Shown: piece after piece, positions 27,346 through 37,911 of the stretch
Position numbering within the stretch: the stretch's first letter is position 1
Layout of the letters: every line of letters starts with the position of its first letter
Source: an uncultured bacterium
Lineage (GTDB): Bacteria > Actinomycetota > Actinomycetes > S36-B12 > UBA5976
Assembly: GCA_963978265.1 (NCBI GenBank)
Contig: CAXBQV010000003.1
Span: forward strand, 1-39,367
Direction of reading: 5' to 3'
Length of the DNA: 39,367 nt
The notes under the pieces: generated by a model
The model's input: only the letters and a program-made list of their open reading frames with translations
The model's database searches: none
What the model was told of the DNA's origin: nothing
Made by a program: the position numbers and the translations under genes

Positions 27346-28529
27346 ATTGGCTCGACGTCCTGCTCACCGTGTCGCTGATCCTTGCGGTGACGAACGGCTG
27401 GAGGATCGGTCTGCTTCGCGGCATCACGGGATTCATCGGCCTGGTTGCCGGCGCCTGGCTCGCACTGCAGATCATCCCAATCGCATTCACTGCCTTTGAT
27501 CTCGGGATCGCATCACGTGTGTTCGCCGGTCTTGGCGCGATCGTGGTGCTCGCAATGCTCGGCCAGGGCCTGGGATTCAGCGTCGGAACCGCCATCCGCA
27601 GCGCACTGTCTTGGTCGCCGATCCGATTCATCGATTCGCTGTTCGGAAGTGCATTCCGAGTGGTTTCATGGGGAGTTGTCACCTGGCTTGCGGCATCAAT
27701 GCTTGCGCTGCTGCCGACCAATCCGCTCACCATGCAGGTGCGCGGTTCACAGATTGTGCAGCAGCTGGACGGTGTCGCCCCGACTGCAGCGGACCGGGCG
27801 ACTGCAGCGCTTCGAAAAGTGCTCCGGAATACATCGTTCCCGCAGGTATTCGCCGGTATCGCACCGCAACCCACGAATTCGGTGGCGGCTGCGGAGCCGG
27901 GCATCGTTTCGGATCCCGACGTCGCTGCCGCATATGCATCGGTGGTCGAGGTGATCGCGGACGCCCCCGCCTGCGAATTGCGCATGACCGGCACGGGCTT
28001 CCTCTATGCCGATGGTCGGATCATGACGAATGCGCACGTCGTTGCGGGGGCGGATGACGTGTCCATACGACGTGACGGCGAGACCAAGCGGTACCGCGCG
28101 CAAGTCGTGCTGTTCGATCCGCGGCTCGACGTCGCTGTGCTGTCGGTGCGGAACTTCGATGGGAATGTGTTGCCGTTTGCACCGGAAGCAGCCGTCGGCG
28201 ATGAGGGCGTCGTACCCGGATTCACGGGTGGGAAGCCGCTGTCACCCGATGCAGCTCGTGTGAGCGATGTGATCGTGGCGCGTGGTCATGACATCTATGG
28301 CGAAGGCCGCGTCGATCGCGAGATCTATGTCGTGCGGGCCTCGATTGCACCCGGCGATTCTGGTGCACCGCTGCTCGGCCTCGACGGCCGCGTACTCGGT
28401 GTGATGTTCGCAGCCGGTACCGACGTCACGGATGCAGGGTATGCACTGACGGCGAATGCTGTTGCGAGTGCGGCATCGCAAGGTGCGATATCAACCAACC
28501 CGGTATCGCTCGGGATGTGCAGTCGCTAG
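27342..28529 (+). CDS. marP: MarP family membrane serine protease
   Basis: N-terminal CvpA-like TMs; trypsin triad TNAHVV / DVAVL / PGDSG; two Cys positioned as the MarP disulfide; synteny with nth and Nudix. Confidence 0.93.
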   Translation: MNWLDVLLTVSLILAVTNGWRIGLLRGITGFIGLVAGAWLALQIIPIAFTAFDLGIASRVFAGLGAIVVLAMLGQGLGFSVGTAIRSALSWSPIRFIDSLFGSAFRVVSWGVVTWLAASMLALLPTNPLTMQVRGSQIVQQLDGVAPTAADRATAALRKVLRNTSFPQVFAGIAPQPTNSVAAAEPGIVSDPDVAAAYASVVEVIADAPACELRMTGTGFLYADGRIMTNAHVVAGADDVSIRRDGETKRYRAQVVLFDPRLDVAVLSVRNFDGNVLPFAPEAAVGDEGVVPGFTGGKPLSPDAARVSDVIVARGHDIYGEGRVDREIYVVRASIAPGDSGAPLLGLDGRVLGVMFAAGTDVTDAGYALTANAVASAASQGAISTNPVSLGMCSR

Positions 28530-28924
28530 TCGCGGACGTGCGCGATGGTTTCGGCGACGGCGTTGTTCGTGCGTTCGAAGGATCGAAGTGCCAAGCGCGG
28601 ACCATTGATCTTCTTCGCATTGCGACCCGACAGCAGGAGTAGCAGACCCGCGATGAGGATGCATGCGCCTGCAAGCAGCAGGAAGGCCAGCCACTCCGGA
28701 ACACCAAGTGCTGCCATGCCGAACCCGAACGCGATGATGAGAAGGAAGATCGAGGTGACGAGCAGCAGCATGGCGAACATGAATGCGACGGACGCACGAA
28801 GTGCCCGCTTCACGCTCTGGGCGATCTCTGCCATCGCGAGTTCGATCTGGTTGCGGATCACCGACTGGAGATCCGCGATGACGCCGGCGAACAGTGCGCC
28901 GAGTCCCTTCTCGTTTCTGCTCAT
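28526..28924 (-). CDS. Actinobacterial holin-X-like (Phage_holin_3_6) membrane protein
   Basis: LGALF..V..DL..VIR.QIELA.AE, two TMs; usual position between marP and acs. Confidence 0.82.
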   Translation of the reverse strand: MSRNEKGLGALFAGVIADLQSVIRNQIELAMAEIAQSVKRALRASVAFMFAMLLLVTSIFLLIIAFGFGMAALGVPEWLAFLLLAGACILIAGLLLLLSGRNAKKINGPRLALRSFERTNNAVAETIAHVRD

Positions 28925-28994
28925 GACCGCAGGCTACCCGTGAACGGGTGGTCGGTGCATAGTCCGAACGGTCTCTGCACCCAACCGCGATTCG

Positions 28995-30956
<1,962 letters not shown>

Positions 30957-31003
30957 GGTGATCCTTTCGGCAGGCCGAACCTAACCGGAGGAGCAGGAGG
31001 CGG

Positions 31004-32491
31004 CTAGTCCTTGAACGTGCGGAATCGCTCAGGTGTGTGGAGACGTCCGAGAATGACCGACGCGTTTGCCGGTCGTTGATCCTGGGTCATCAGCGACACG
31101 ATCACCGTAACCGCGAATGCGAGCGGCACACTCCACGCTGCCGGAGCTGCGATGTAGGACTGCATGTCGGCCGGCCAGGTGCGGAAGAGTGCGAGCAGCA
31201 CTGCGGCCGTCGACGATGTGCCGCCGACGATCACTCCGGCAATCGCGCCGGGTGTGGAGAGTCCGCGCCACCAGATGCCGAGGATCAGCAATGGGGAGAA
31301 CGTTGATGCACCAACCGCCATCGACATCACGATCATCTCAGCGAGATTGAAATCGCGGGCGAAGAACACGAACGCGAAGGGAACTGCGATCGTGATGACG
31401 ACGCCGACGCGGAAGCCGGCAATGCCACTGAGTCGTCGCCGCAGCAGATCCTGAGACAGGGTGCTCGCAATCGAGAAGGTGACACCAGTGGTTGTCGAGA
31501 TGATCGCTGCAAATGCGCCCGCAGCGACGAGCGCGCCGAAGATGTCACCGAGGATGCCCGGGAGTGCGGCCTGGGGAAGTGCGAGGACGACCGAATCCAT
31601 GTTCGCCGTGCCGATCAGGTCCGGCGTGTAGTACCGACCGAGCGCACCCAGCATCGGCGGGAACAGATAGAACGCGCTGAGCATGACGAGGACGATGAGC
31701 GAAGTGCGTCGTGCCTGCTTGCCGTCCTTGATCGCGTAGTAGCGGGTGAAGATGTCCGGCAGGCCCATCACTCCGAGTGCGGTTGCGAGCACGATTGCGA
31801 CATTCACATAGAAGGGATTCGCCCGGTGGCCGAAGCCGGAGAGTGGTTCACCCCAGGATCCGGATCCCAGCATCGGACTCCCGGAGCGCAGCCACACCGA
31901 CCACACGACAAGTGCCGTGAGCGCGACCGCCGCCAACTTCAACCAGTACTGCAGCGACTGCACAGTGGCAATCGAGTTGTAGCCGCCAGCAGCGATCGTG
32001 AGCGCGGCGACGATGGCGATCACCAACGGGCCGGCCACGGTTGACGCACCGGTGAGGAAAGTGAGTGCGATCGAAGCCGCCTTCAGCTGTGGGAACACCG
32101 CCAACCAGCCGATCACGACGGTGAAGACGCTGCACATTCGACGGAGCGTTCGGGAGGAGAGTCGTGCTTCTGCGAAGTCCGGCAGCGTGAATGCGCCGGA
32201 TCTGCGAAGCGGCGCAGCGACGAGGATCAGCAGCACGAGATAGCCGACGGTGAAACCGACCGGGTACCAGAGCATGTCGATGCCGTAGGTCATGACAAGT
32301 GCGGAGATGCCCATCACCGACGCTGCCGAGATGAACGATCCGCTGATACCCGCCGCGACGACCAACTGTCGCGGTTCACGTCGGGCGGTGAGGAAGTCCG
32401 ACGTCGAACGCGCGAATTGGATGCCGTTCAATCCGATTGCGAGTACGACCGTGATGAGCAGGATCACCGCTGCGATGGCGAGCACATTCAT
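31004..32491 (-). CDS. Sodium:solute symporter family, cation/acetate symporter (ActP-like), divergent
   Basis: SAAS, APLRRSG.FTLPDF...RL, MGLP, AAGAFAA, STF.PLL.LGIWW, LHTPE. Confidence 0.88.
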   Translation of the reverse strand: MNVLAIAAVILLITVVLAIGLNGIQFARSTSDFLTARREPRQLVVAAGISGSFISAASVMGISALVMTYGIDMLWYPVGFTVGYLVLLILVAAPLRRSGAFTLPDFAEARLSSRTLRRMCSVFTVVIGWLAVFPQLKAASIALTFLTGASTVAGPLVIAIVAALTIAAGGYNSIATVQSLQYWLKLAAVALTALVVWSVWLRSGSPMLGSGSWGEPLSGFGHRANPFYVNVAIVLATALGVMGLPDIFTRYYAIKDGKQARRTSLIVLVMLSAFYLFPPMLGALGRYYTPDLIGTANMDSVVLALPQAALPGILGDIFGALVAAGAFAAIISTTTGVTFSIASTLSQDLLRRRLSGIAGFRVGVVITIAVPFAFVFFARDFNLAEMIVMSMAVGASTFSPLLILGIWWRGLSTPGAIAGVIVGGTSSTAAVLLALFRTWPADMQSYIAAPAAWSVPLAFAVTVIVSLMTQDQRPANASVILGRLHTPERFRTFKD

Positions 32492-32862
32492 CAGACGTCC
32501 TGGATCAGGTCGGAGAACTGCTGCTCGTACCGCTCAGTGGCGCGAACGTGGATCCAACCGAGCAGGATGATGAGTGGGAACACGCCGAAGCCGAGAATCA
32601 ACCAGAGCACTGGCACGCCCATGACCACGGTGTCATGCCAGGCGGGGATGGACGCGTAGACGAGTGGGATGAGCGCCAGGGTCGCGACGAAGACGGTGGC
32701 GATGGAGATCGCGAGCCGCAGTTGGGATCGACGCAATGATGCAAGCAGCACTTCGCCTCGAACAGTGTGCTCGGCGAGATCGCGACGCGCGCTGGTGCGC
32801 GAACTGCGACGACGGGATGCCGTGCGCGGGTGCGTGATGATGACGCGACGCGGGCGTTCCAT
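32491..32862 (-). CDS. Small 2-TM symporter accessory protein (DUF485-like)
   Basis: SLRRSQLRLA, two TMs, GVPVLWLILG..VFP, VRATERYE..F. Abuts the symporter start. Confidence 0.85.
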   Translation of the reverse strand: MERPRRVIITHPRTASRRRSSRTSARRDLAEHTVRGEVLLASLRRSQLRLAISIATVFVATLALIPLVYASIPAWHDTVVMGVPVLWLILGFGVFPLIILLGWIHVRATERYEQQFSDLIQDV

Positions 32863-32867
32863 GAGTC

Positions 32868-33656
32868 CTAGGACTTGGCAGCGCGAGGTGCAGCTGCGGC
32901 GACCGTTTCCTGCCGGCGCGGACGGGCACTGCGTACGAGCCGATCGCGCAGTTCACGGGTATGACGACGTGAGACTTCGAGCATTGCATCGCCGACGCGC
33001 ACGGACATGCGTCCGGCATCGACGCGCACTTCGTCGATCGTGGAAAGCGACACCAGCCAACGGCGATGGATGCGGACGAAGCCGGCGTCGGCCCAGCGCT
33101 CCTCGAGCACGGCGAGTGGAATGCGCACGAGGTGACGTCCGTCGCGGGTGACGAGGCGGGCATAGTCGCCGTGGGCCTCGACGTAGCGGATCTCGCTGCG
33201 CTTGATGAAGCGCGTGACCCCGGCGAGTTCGACTGGGATCGTCTCATCCTCGACGGAGTCGGCTGCAGCGGCCACGGGCTGCCTCGCGGCTTTCGCCTCG
33301 ATGACGCGCGAGATCGCCTCATGGAGGCGTTCCGGGCGGTAGGGCTTGAGTACGTAGTCGACGGCACGGAGATCGAAGGCGCTCACTGCATGATCCTCGA
33401 AGGCGGTCACGAAGACGATCGCGGGGGCCTCGGTGAACCGCTTCAGCACCTTCGCGAGGTCCATGCCATCGATTCCGGGCATCCGGATATCGAGGAAGAC
33501 CGCGTCGATCGGCTCGGTCTGCAGCACCTTGAGTGCCTCCGTACCGTTCTGTGCGGTGCGCACTTCACCGATTCGCTCGTCCTGCTTCAGTACGTACGCC
33601 AACTCGGCGCGCGCCGGTGCTTCGTCATCAACGGCGAGAACACGCAAGCCACTCAC
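32868..33656 (-). CDS. LytTR family response regulator
   Basis: VDDE, FLDIRMPG.DG, FVTA, AVDYVLKP receiver; YVEA.GDY, FVRIHR, VSRRH LytTR domain. Confidence 0.96.
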   Translation of the reverse strand: MSGLRVLAVDDEAPARAELAYVLKQDERIGEVRTAQNGTEALKVLQTEPIDAVFLDIRMPGIDGMDLAKVLKRFTEAPAIVFVTAFEDHAVSAFDLRAVDYVLKPYRPERLHEAISRVIEAKAARQPVAAAADSVEDETIPVELAGVTRFIKRSEIRYVEAHGDYARLVTRDGRHLVRIPLAVLEERWADAGFVRIHRRWLVSLSTIDEVRVDAGRMSVRVGDAMLEVSRRHTRELRDRLVRSARPRRQETVAAAAPRAAKS

Positions 33657-33696
33657 TTATGCATCCCTCTCGAAAGTGCCCCTGCGGAATTTAGTA

Positions 33697-33715
33697 CCGT
33701 TCGGCGCACGAACGG
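33697..33715. promoter_or_regulatory. 7-bp inverted repeat upstream of the LytTR gene
   Basis: CCGTTCG-GCGCA-CGAACGG immediately upstream of TACTAAATT on the minus strand. Confidence 0.45.
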
Positions 33716-33741
33716 AACCCCCAAAGGGCGGTGAAGTTTGG

Positions 33742-34923
33742 TTAACCGTGTGCTTTCGGCTGAAACTTCGGAATACGCACGGTGACTTTCGTGCCAGCGC
33801 CGGGAGCGGTCTCGATCACCAGACCGTATTCATCTCCGTAGATCGTGCGCAAACGTTCGTCCACGTTGGCGACGCCGATCGAATCGGATGTGCTGTTGCC
33901 TTCCAGGATGTCGCGGATGCGTTGTGGATCGGCACCGACGCCGTCGTCCTCCACCGTGACCCAGACATCCGGTCCCATGTCCATTGCGAACAGCGTGATG
34001 TGACCGACACCGGCCTTGTTCTCCAGTCCATGCCGCACCGCGTTCTCCACGATCGGCTGCAAACAGAGGAACGGGACGTTCACCGTCAGCACTTCGGGCG
34101 CGATACGGAGTTCCACCTGCATCCGTTCGCCGAAGCGCGCCCGTTCCAGTTTCAGATATCGCTCGATCGATGCGAGTTCCTCGGAGAGGCTCGTGAACTG
34201 TCCGTGTCTGCGGAATGAGTACCGGGTGAAGTCGGAGAACTCGAGCAGGAGTTCTCGAGCGTTTTCCGGATCGGTTCGGATGTACGAGGCGATGGCGTTC
34301 AGCGCGTTGTAGATGAAGTGCGGTGAAATCTGCGCACGGAGCGCCTTCACCTCGGCCTCGACAAGCCGTGTGCGTGATGCATCGAGTTCAGCGAGTTCGA
34401 GCTGCCCGTTCATCCAGCGGGACATCTCGGTGAGCGTTCGCACGCTCGCTGCCGGAGCCCCACGGTCGAAGGCGGCGATTGCGCCCAGGACGAAGTCGTC
34501 GATGACAAGGGGTGCGACGATCGCGAAGGTCAGCGGGCATTCAGAGTTCTCACATGCCACGAGTTCGGGGCCGAACACTTCCGCACGGCCGTTGCGGATC
34601 ACCCGGTCGATGAGTGCGTGGGCGGTGTCCGCATGGTGTGCGTACTCGCCGTCCCAGGCAAGCAGCCCATCACGGTCATGCACGGAGAACGCAGGAGCAC
34701 CCGCAAGTTGGCGCAGATACTTGATGGCCCGCTGTGCGGATGCGCTGGTGAGGCCTTCTCGAAGCGCCGGAGCCGCGAGACCTGCAGTGTGCAACGTGTT
34801 GTAGGTGGCGCGCTCCGCCGGATTGCCGAGGGTTGAAGCGCCCCATCGCCACTTCCCGTACATCCACGCCAGCACGATCGCAGCCGGAACCGCGATCACG
34901 AGTAACCAAGCAGTGGCGCCCAC
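33742..34923 (-). CDS. LytS/YehU-type sensor histidine kinase
   Basis: ALRAQISPHFIYNALN H-box, YLKLERARFGER, LQPIVENAVRHG, EDDGVG, GVANV..RL, GTKV; one N-terminal TM plus GAF-like region. Confidence 0.95.
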   Translation of the reverse strand: MGATAWLLVIAVPAAIVLAWMYGKWRWGASTLGNPAERATYNTLHTAGLAAPALREGLTSASAQRAIKYLRQLAGAPAFSVHDRDGLLAWDGEYAHHADTAHALIDRVIRNGRAEVFGPELVACENSECPLTFAIVAPLVIDDFVLGAIAAFDRGAPAASVRTLTEMSRWMNGQLELAELDASRTRLVEAEVKALRAQISPHFIYNALNAIASYIRTDPENARELLLEFSDFTRYSFRRHGQFTSLSEELASIERYLKLERARFGERMQVELRIAPEVLTVNVPFLCLQPIVENAVRHGLENKAGVGHITLFAMDMGPDVWVTVEDDGVGADPQRIRDILEGNSTSDSIGVANVDERLRTIYGDEYGLVIETAPGAGTKVTVRIPKFQPKAHG

Positions 34924-34976
34924 GGCAGCACGCTACCGGAGTTGGAGCAAGCGCCCGATTGCGGTGGGATATCGAC

Positions 34977-35771
34977 GTGACCGAGTTGCCCGTGGATCCG
35001 TTTGCTGCTGTTGCGGCGATGCCGGGGGTCTCCGATGCCGTGCATGCAGCGCGAAGTGCGCTTGATCCATTGCTGCTCGATCGCAAACTGCGCACGCATG
35101 GTCAGGCGCTGGCGGCAACCGTTGCTCTGCAGAATGCGCATGCGTCGGCAACCCTCGAAGGTGCAGACGTTCCCCTCGACGAACTCCGCAGTGGAATCGC
35201 GACGTCACCGATGCTGCGCGTGGCCATCGGCGCGCTTGAGGCGCAGACCATGCTTCGCGCGCTCAGTGGCCAGCCTGCGCGGCAGGTATGGGCGCAACTC
35301 GCGGTCGTCGCCGGTCGCGAGTATCTCGAGGAAGACTTGCGTGGCCGTCCGCGTGGTGCGGGTGATGCCCTCCATGATCCGCTTCACTTGAAGCACGTCG
35401 CCGATCCGGACGACGTCGCCGTCCGACTTGCGATGCTCGCAGACCTTCTGCAACAGCCCACCACTGCACCGGCGCTCGTGGTGGCCGCGATCGCGCACGC
35501 GGAACTTGTTGCCCTGCAGCCCTTCGCAGCGGGCAACGGGGTAGTGGCACGCGCGCACTTCCACCACATCCTCGCGGAACGCGGTCTGGACCCCGACTTC
35601 TTCGCGATGACCGACGTCGGACTGCTCTCGCTCGGACGCGCTGCGTACGCCCGCGCGATCCAGCAGTACGACGAGGGCGGTGAAGGCGTAGCGTCCTGGG
35701 TGGTCCACATTGCGCAGGCATTCGAGCGTGGCGCACTGCTGTCCAGACAGACCCTCGAATCCCTGGAGTGA
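34977..35771 (+). CDS. Fic-fold protein with degenerate Fic motif
   Basis: A.ASATLEG, AAIAHAEL..LQPFAAGNGVVARA. GTG 34977 start inferred. Confidence 0.82.
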   Translation: MTELPVDPFAAVAAMPGVSDAVHAARSALDPLLLDRKLRTHGQALAATVALQNAHASATLEGADVPLDELRSGIATSPMLRVAIGALEAQTMLRALSGQPARQVWAQLAVVAGREYLEEDLRGRPRGAGDALHDPLHLKHVADPDDVAVRLAMLADLLQQPTTAPALVVAAIAHAELVALQPFAAGNGVVARAHFHHILAERGLDPDFFAMTDVGLLSLGRAAYARAIQQYDEGGEGVASWVVHIAQAFERGALLSRQTLESLE

Positions 35772-37279
35772 GCATGCAACGCCGGAAGCTGATACTGCCG
35801 GTCGTCGGCCTGAGCCTGATGACGGTCATATCCGCAGTCGCGGGACTCAACATGGCGTTGCCATCGATGGCGCGCGAAACCGGTGCGACGCAGGCGCAGC
35901 TCACGTGGATCATCGACGCCTACACCGTGGTGTTCGCATCGCTGCTCTTCCTCGCCGGTGCCATCGGCGACAAGTACGGACGCAAGCGGATTCTCGCGTT
36001 CGGTCTGCTGTGGTATGCGGTGGTCGCCGCCTTCGGGTTGTTCGTCACGGATCCGACCCACCTCATCATCGTGCGCACGTTCATGGGTGTGGGGGCCGCC
36101 GCGATCATGCCGTCGACTCTGTCCGTGATCACGACGTCGTTCGAAGGGGAGGAGCGCGGGAAAGCGATCGGGATCTGGGTCGGGATTGCCGGTGGCGGTG
36201 CGGTCATCGGGTTGTTCGGCACCGCGATCCTGCTCGAGTTCTATGCGTGGAACTCCTTCTTCGCACTCAACATGGTGCTTGCGACCCTCGGCCTCATCGG
36301 GACCCTCGCGGTGTTGCCGGAATCCAAGGAGGTCGCAACACATCGCCTCGACTGGATCGGTGCGTTGCTCACGATCATCGGTGTCGGAGCGGCGGTCTTC
36401 GGCATCATCGAGGGTCCGGAGAAGACCTGGGGTTCGCCGATCACGATCAGTGCATTGGGCATCGGCGTCGTCGGCATCGTGCTGTTCGTCATCTGGGAAC
36501 TGCGGCAGGAGCACCCGCTGCTGGATCCGCGGCTGTTCCGCAACCGAACGTTCGCCGCCGGTTCGTTGGCGATCACGCTGCAGTTCTTCGGCTTGTTCGG
36601 CATGATCTTCGTCGCGATGCAGTATCTGCAGTTCATCGTCGGCTTCTCCCCACTTGAGGCGGTCGCACGTTTGCTGCCGATGCCGTTCTTCATGCTGCCA
36701 GCAGCCCGTGTCAGCGGCCGACTCGCGGATCGGTACCCGCAGAAGTTCATGGGCGCATTCGGCATGCTGTCGGTCGGTATCGGTCTTTTCCTCTTCTCGA
36801 AGCTCACCGTCGATTTCAACTTCGCGTATTGGACGCTCTGTCTTGCATTCTTTGCACTCGGGGCCGCACCGTCCGCAACTGCGGCCACAACTGCGATCAC
36901 CCAGGCGTTGCCGTATGAGGAGCAGGGCGTTGCATCCGCGATGAACGACACCGCCCGGGAGTTCGGGAGCGCATTCGGTATCGCGATCCTCGGTGCGATG
37001 CTGAACGACTCCTACCGCAATGCGATGTCCAAAGCCACGTTGCAGCTCCCGGATCAGATCGCTGAGCGTCTCATGAAGTCGGTGGCGTTTGTGCAGATGC
37101 CCAAACCGGAGGGTGCGCCGCAGGCGATGTGGGATCAGCTCGTGACCATCGGCAAGACGGCGTTTACCGACGGCGTTCACGCAGCGCTGCTCATTGCTGC
37201 GCTTGTAGCGTGGGCTGCGGCCGTGCTCATCTTCCTGATCGCTCCACGTCGTCCTGACTATCTCGCTCGTTCAAAGTAG
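35768..37279 (+). CDS. DHA2-family MFS transporter
   Basis: LNMALPS, WIIDAY, GAIGDKYGRK, IMPSTLS, RLDWIG, PLLDPRLF, GVASA..D..RE.G. Confidence 0.94.
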   Translation: MSMQRRKLILPVVGLSLMTVISAVAGLNMALPSMARETGATQAQLTWIIDAYTVVFASLLFLAGAIGDKYGRKRILAFGLLWYAVVAAFGLFVTDPTHLIIVRTFMGVGAAAIMPSTLSVITTSFEGEERGKAIGIWVGIAGGGAVIGLFGTAILLEFYAWNSFFALNMVLATLGLIGTLAVLPESKEVATHRLDWIGALLTIIGVGAAVFGIIEGPEKTWGSPITISALGIGVVGIVLFVIWELRQEHPLLDPRLFRNRTFAAGSLAITLQFFGLFGMIFVAMQYLQFIVGFSPLEAVARLLPMPFFMLPAARVSGRLADRYPQKFMGAFGMLSVGIGLFLFSKLTVDFNFAYWTLCLAFFALGAAPSATAATTAITQALPYEEQGVASAMNDTAREFGSAFGIAILGAMLNDSYRNAMSKATLQLPDQIAERLMKSVAFVQMPKPEGAPQAMWDQLVTIGKTAFTDGVHAALLIAALVAWAAAVLIFLIAPRRPDYLARSK

Positions 37280-37288
37280 CCTGCGCAC

Positions 37289-37909
37289 GTGCTCGCCGCA
37301 TTCGACTCCGACCTCGCCACATTCCTCGGGACCTACGGTGTCGTGCTCTTCTATTTCGTGGTGTGGGGGCTCGTGTTCTCGGGCACCGGATTGCTCGTAG
37401 GCGCGTTCATCCCGTTCATTACCGGAGACACGTTGCTCTTCTCAGCTGGGCTGATCGCTGCGCGCACGGATTCCATCAACATCCTGCTCTTGACTCTCGG
37501 TGTCGGGTTCGCGGCCTTCGCGGGCGACCAGGTGGGCTACCACCTCGGGCAGATCTTCGGTCGCGGATACCTCGAGAAGCACACAGGGCCGTTCACGAGC
37601 AAGGCAATCGCCCGCAGCGAGAACTTCTACCGGATGTACGGATGGTGGGCCGTTGTGGTTGCGCGATTCGTGCCGTGGGGGCGCGTGTTCATCCCTGTGA
37701 TTGCCGGCATCGGGCGGATGCATCGCGGGAAGTTCCTCACAAGCAACTTCGTCGGCGCCACGCTGTGGGGGATCGGTCTCACGCTCACCGGCTATTACGC
37801 CGCGTCCTATCCGCCCGTCAGGTCCGTCGCGTACGTGATTGCAGCTATCGTCATTGCACTGTCATTCCTCGCTGGCATTCGTGCATGGCGCCTGGAGCAT
37901 CGGGGATAA
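37289..37909 (+). CDS. DedA family membrane protein
   Basis: GDTLLFSAG, AAFAGDQVGY.LG, VARFVP..R...PVIAG...M, GATLW. Confidence 0.93.
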   Translation: MLAAFDSDLATFLGTYGVVLFYFVVWGLVFSGTGLLVGAFIPFITGDTLLFSAGLIAARTDSINILLLTLGVGFAAFAGDQVGYHLGQIFGRGYLEKHTGPFTSKAIARSENFYRMYGWWAVVVARFVPWGRVFIPVIAGIGRMHRGKFLTSNFVGATLWGIGLTLTGYYAASYPPVRSVAYVIAAIVIALSFLAGIRAWRLEHRG

Positions 37910-37911
37910 CC

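Noticed and set aside
28526-28924. Holin-like gene as evidence of a prophage
   Set aside because: This family is a chromosomal neighbour of marP/acs, and there are no phage genes around it.
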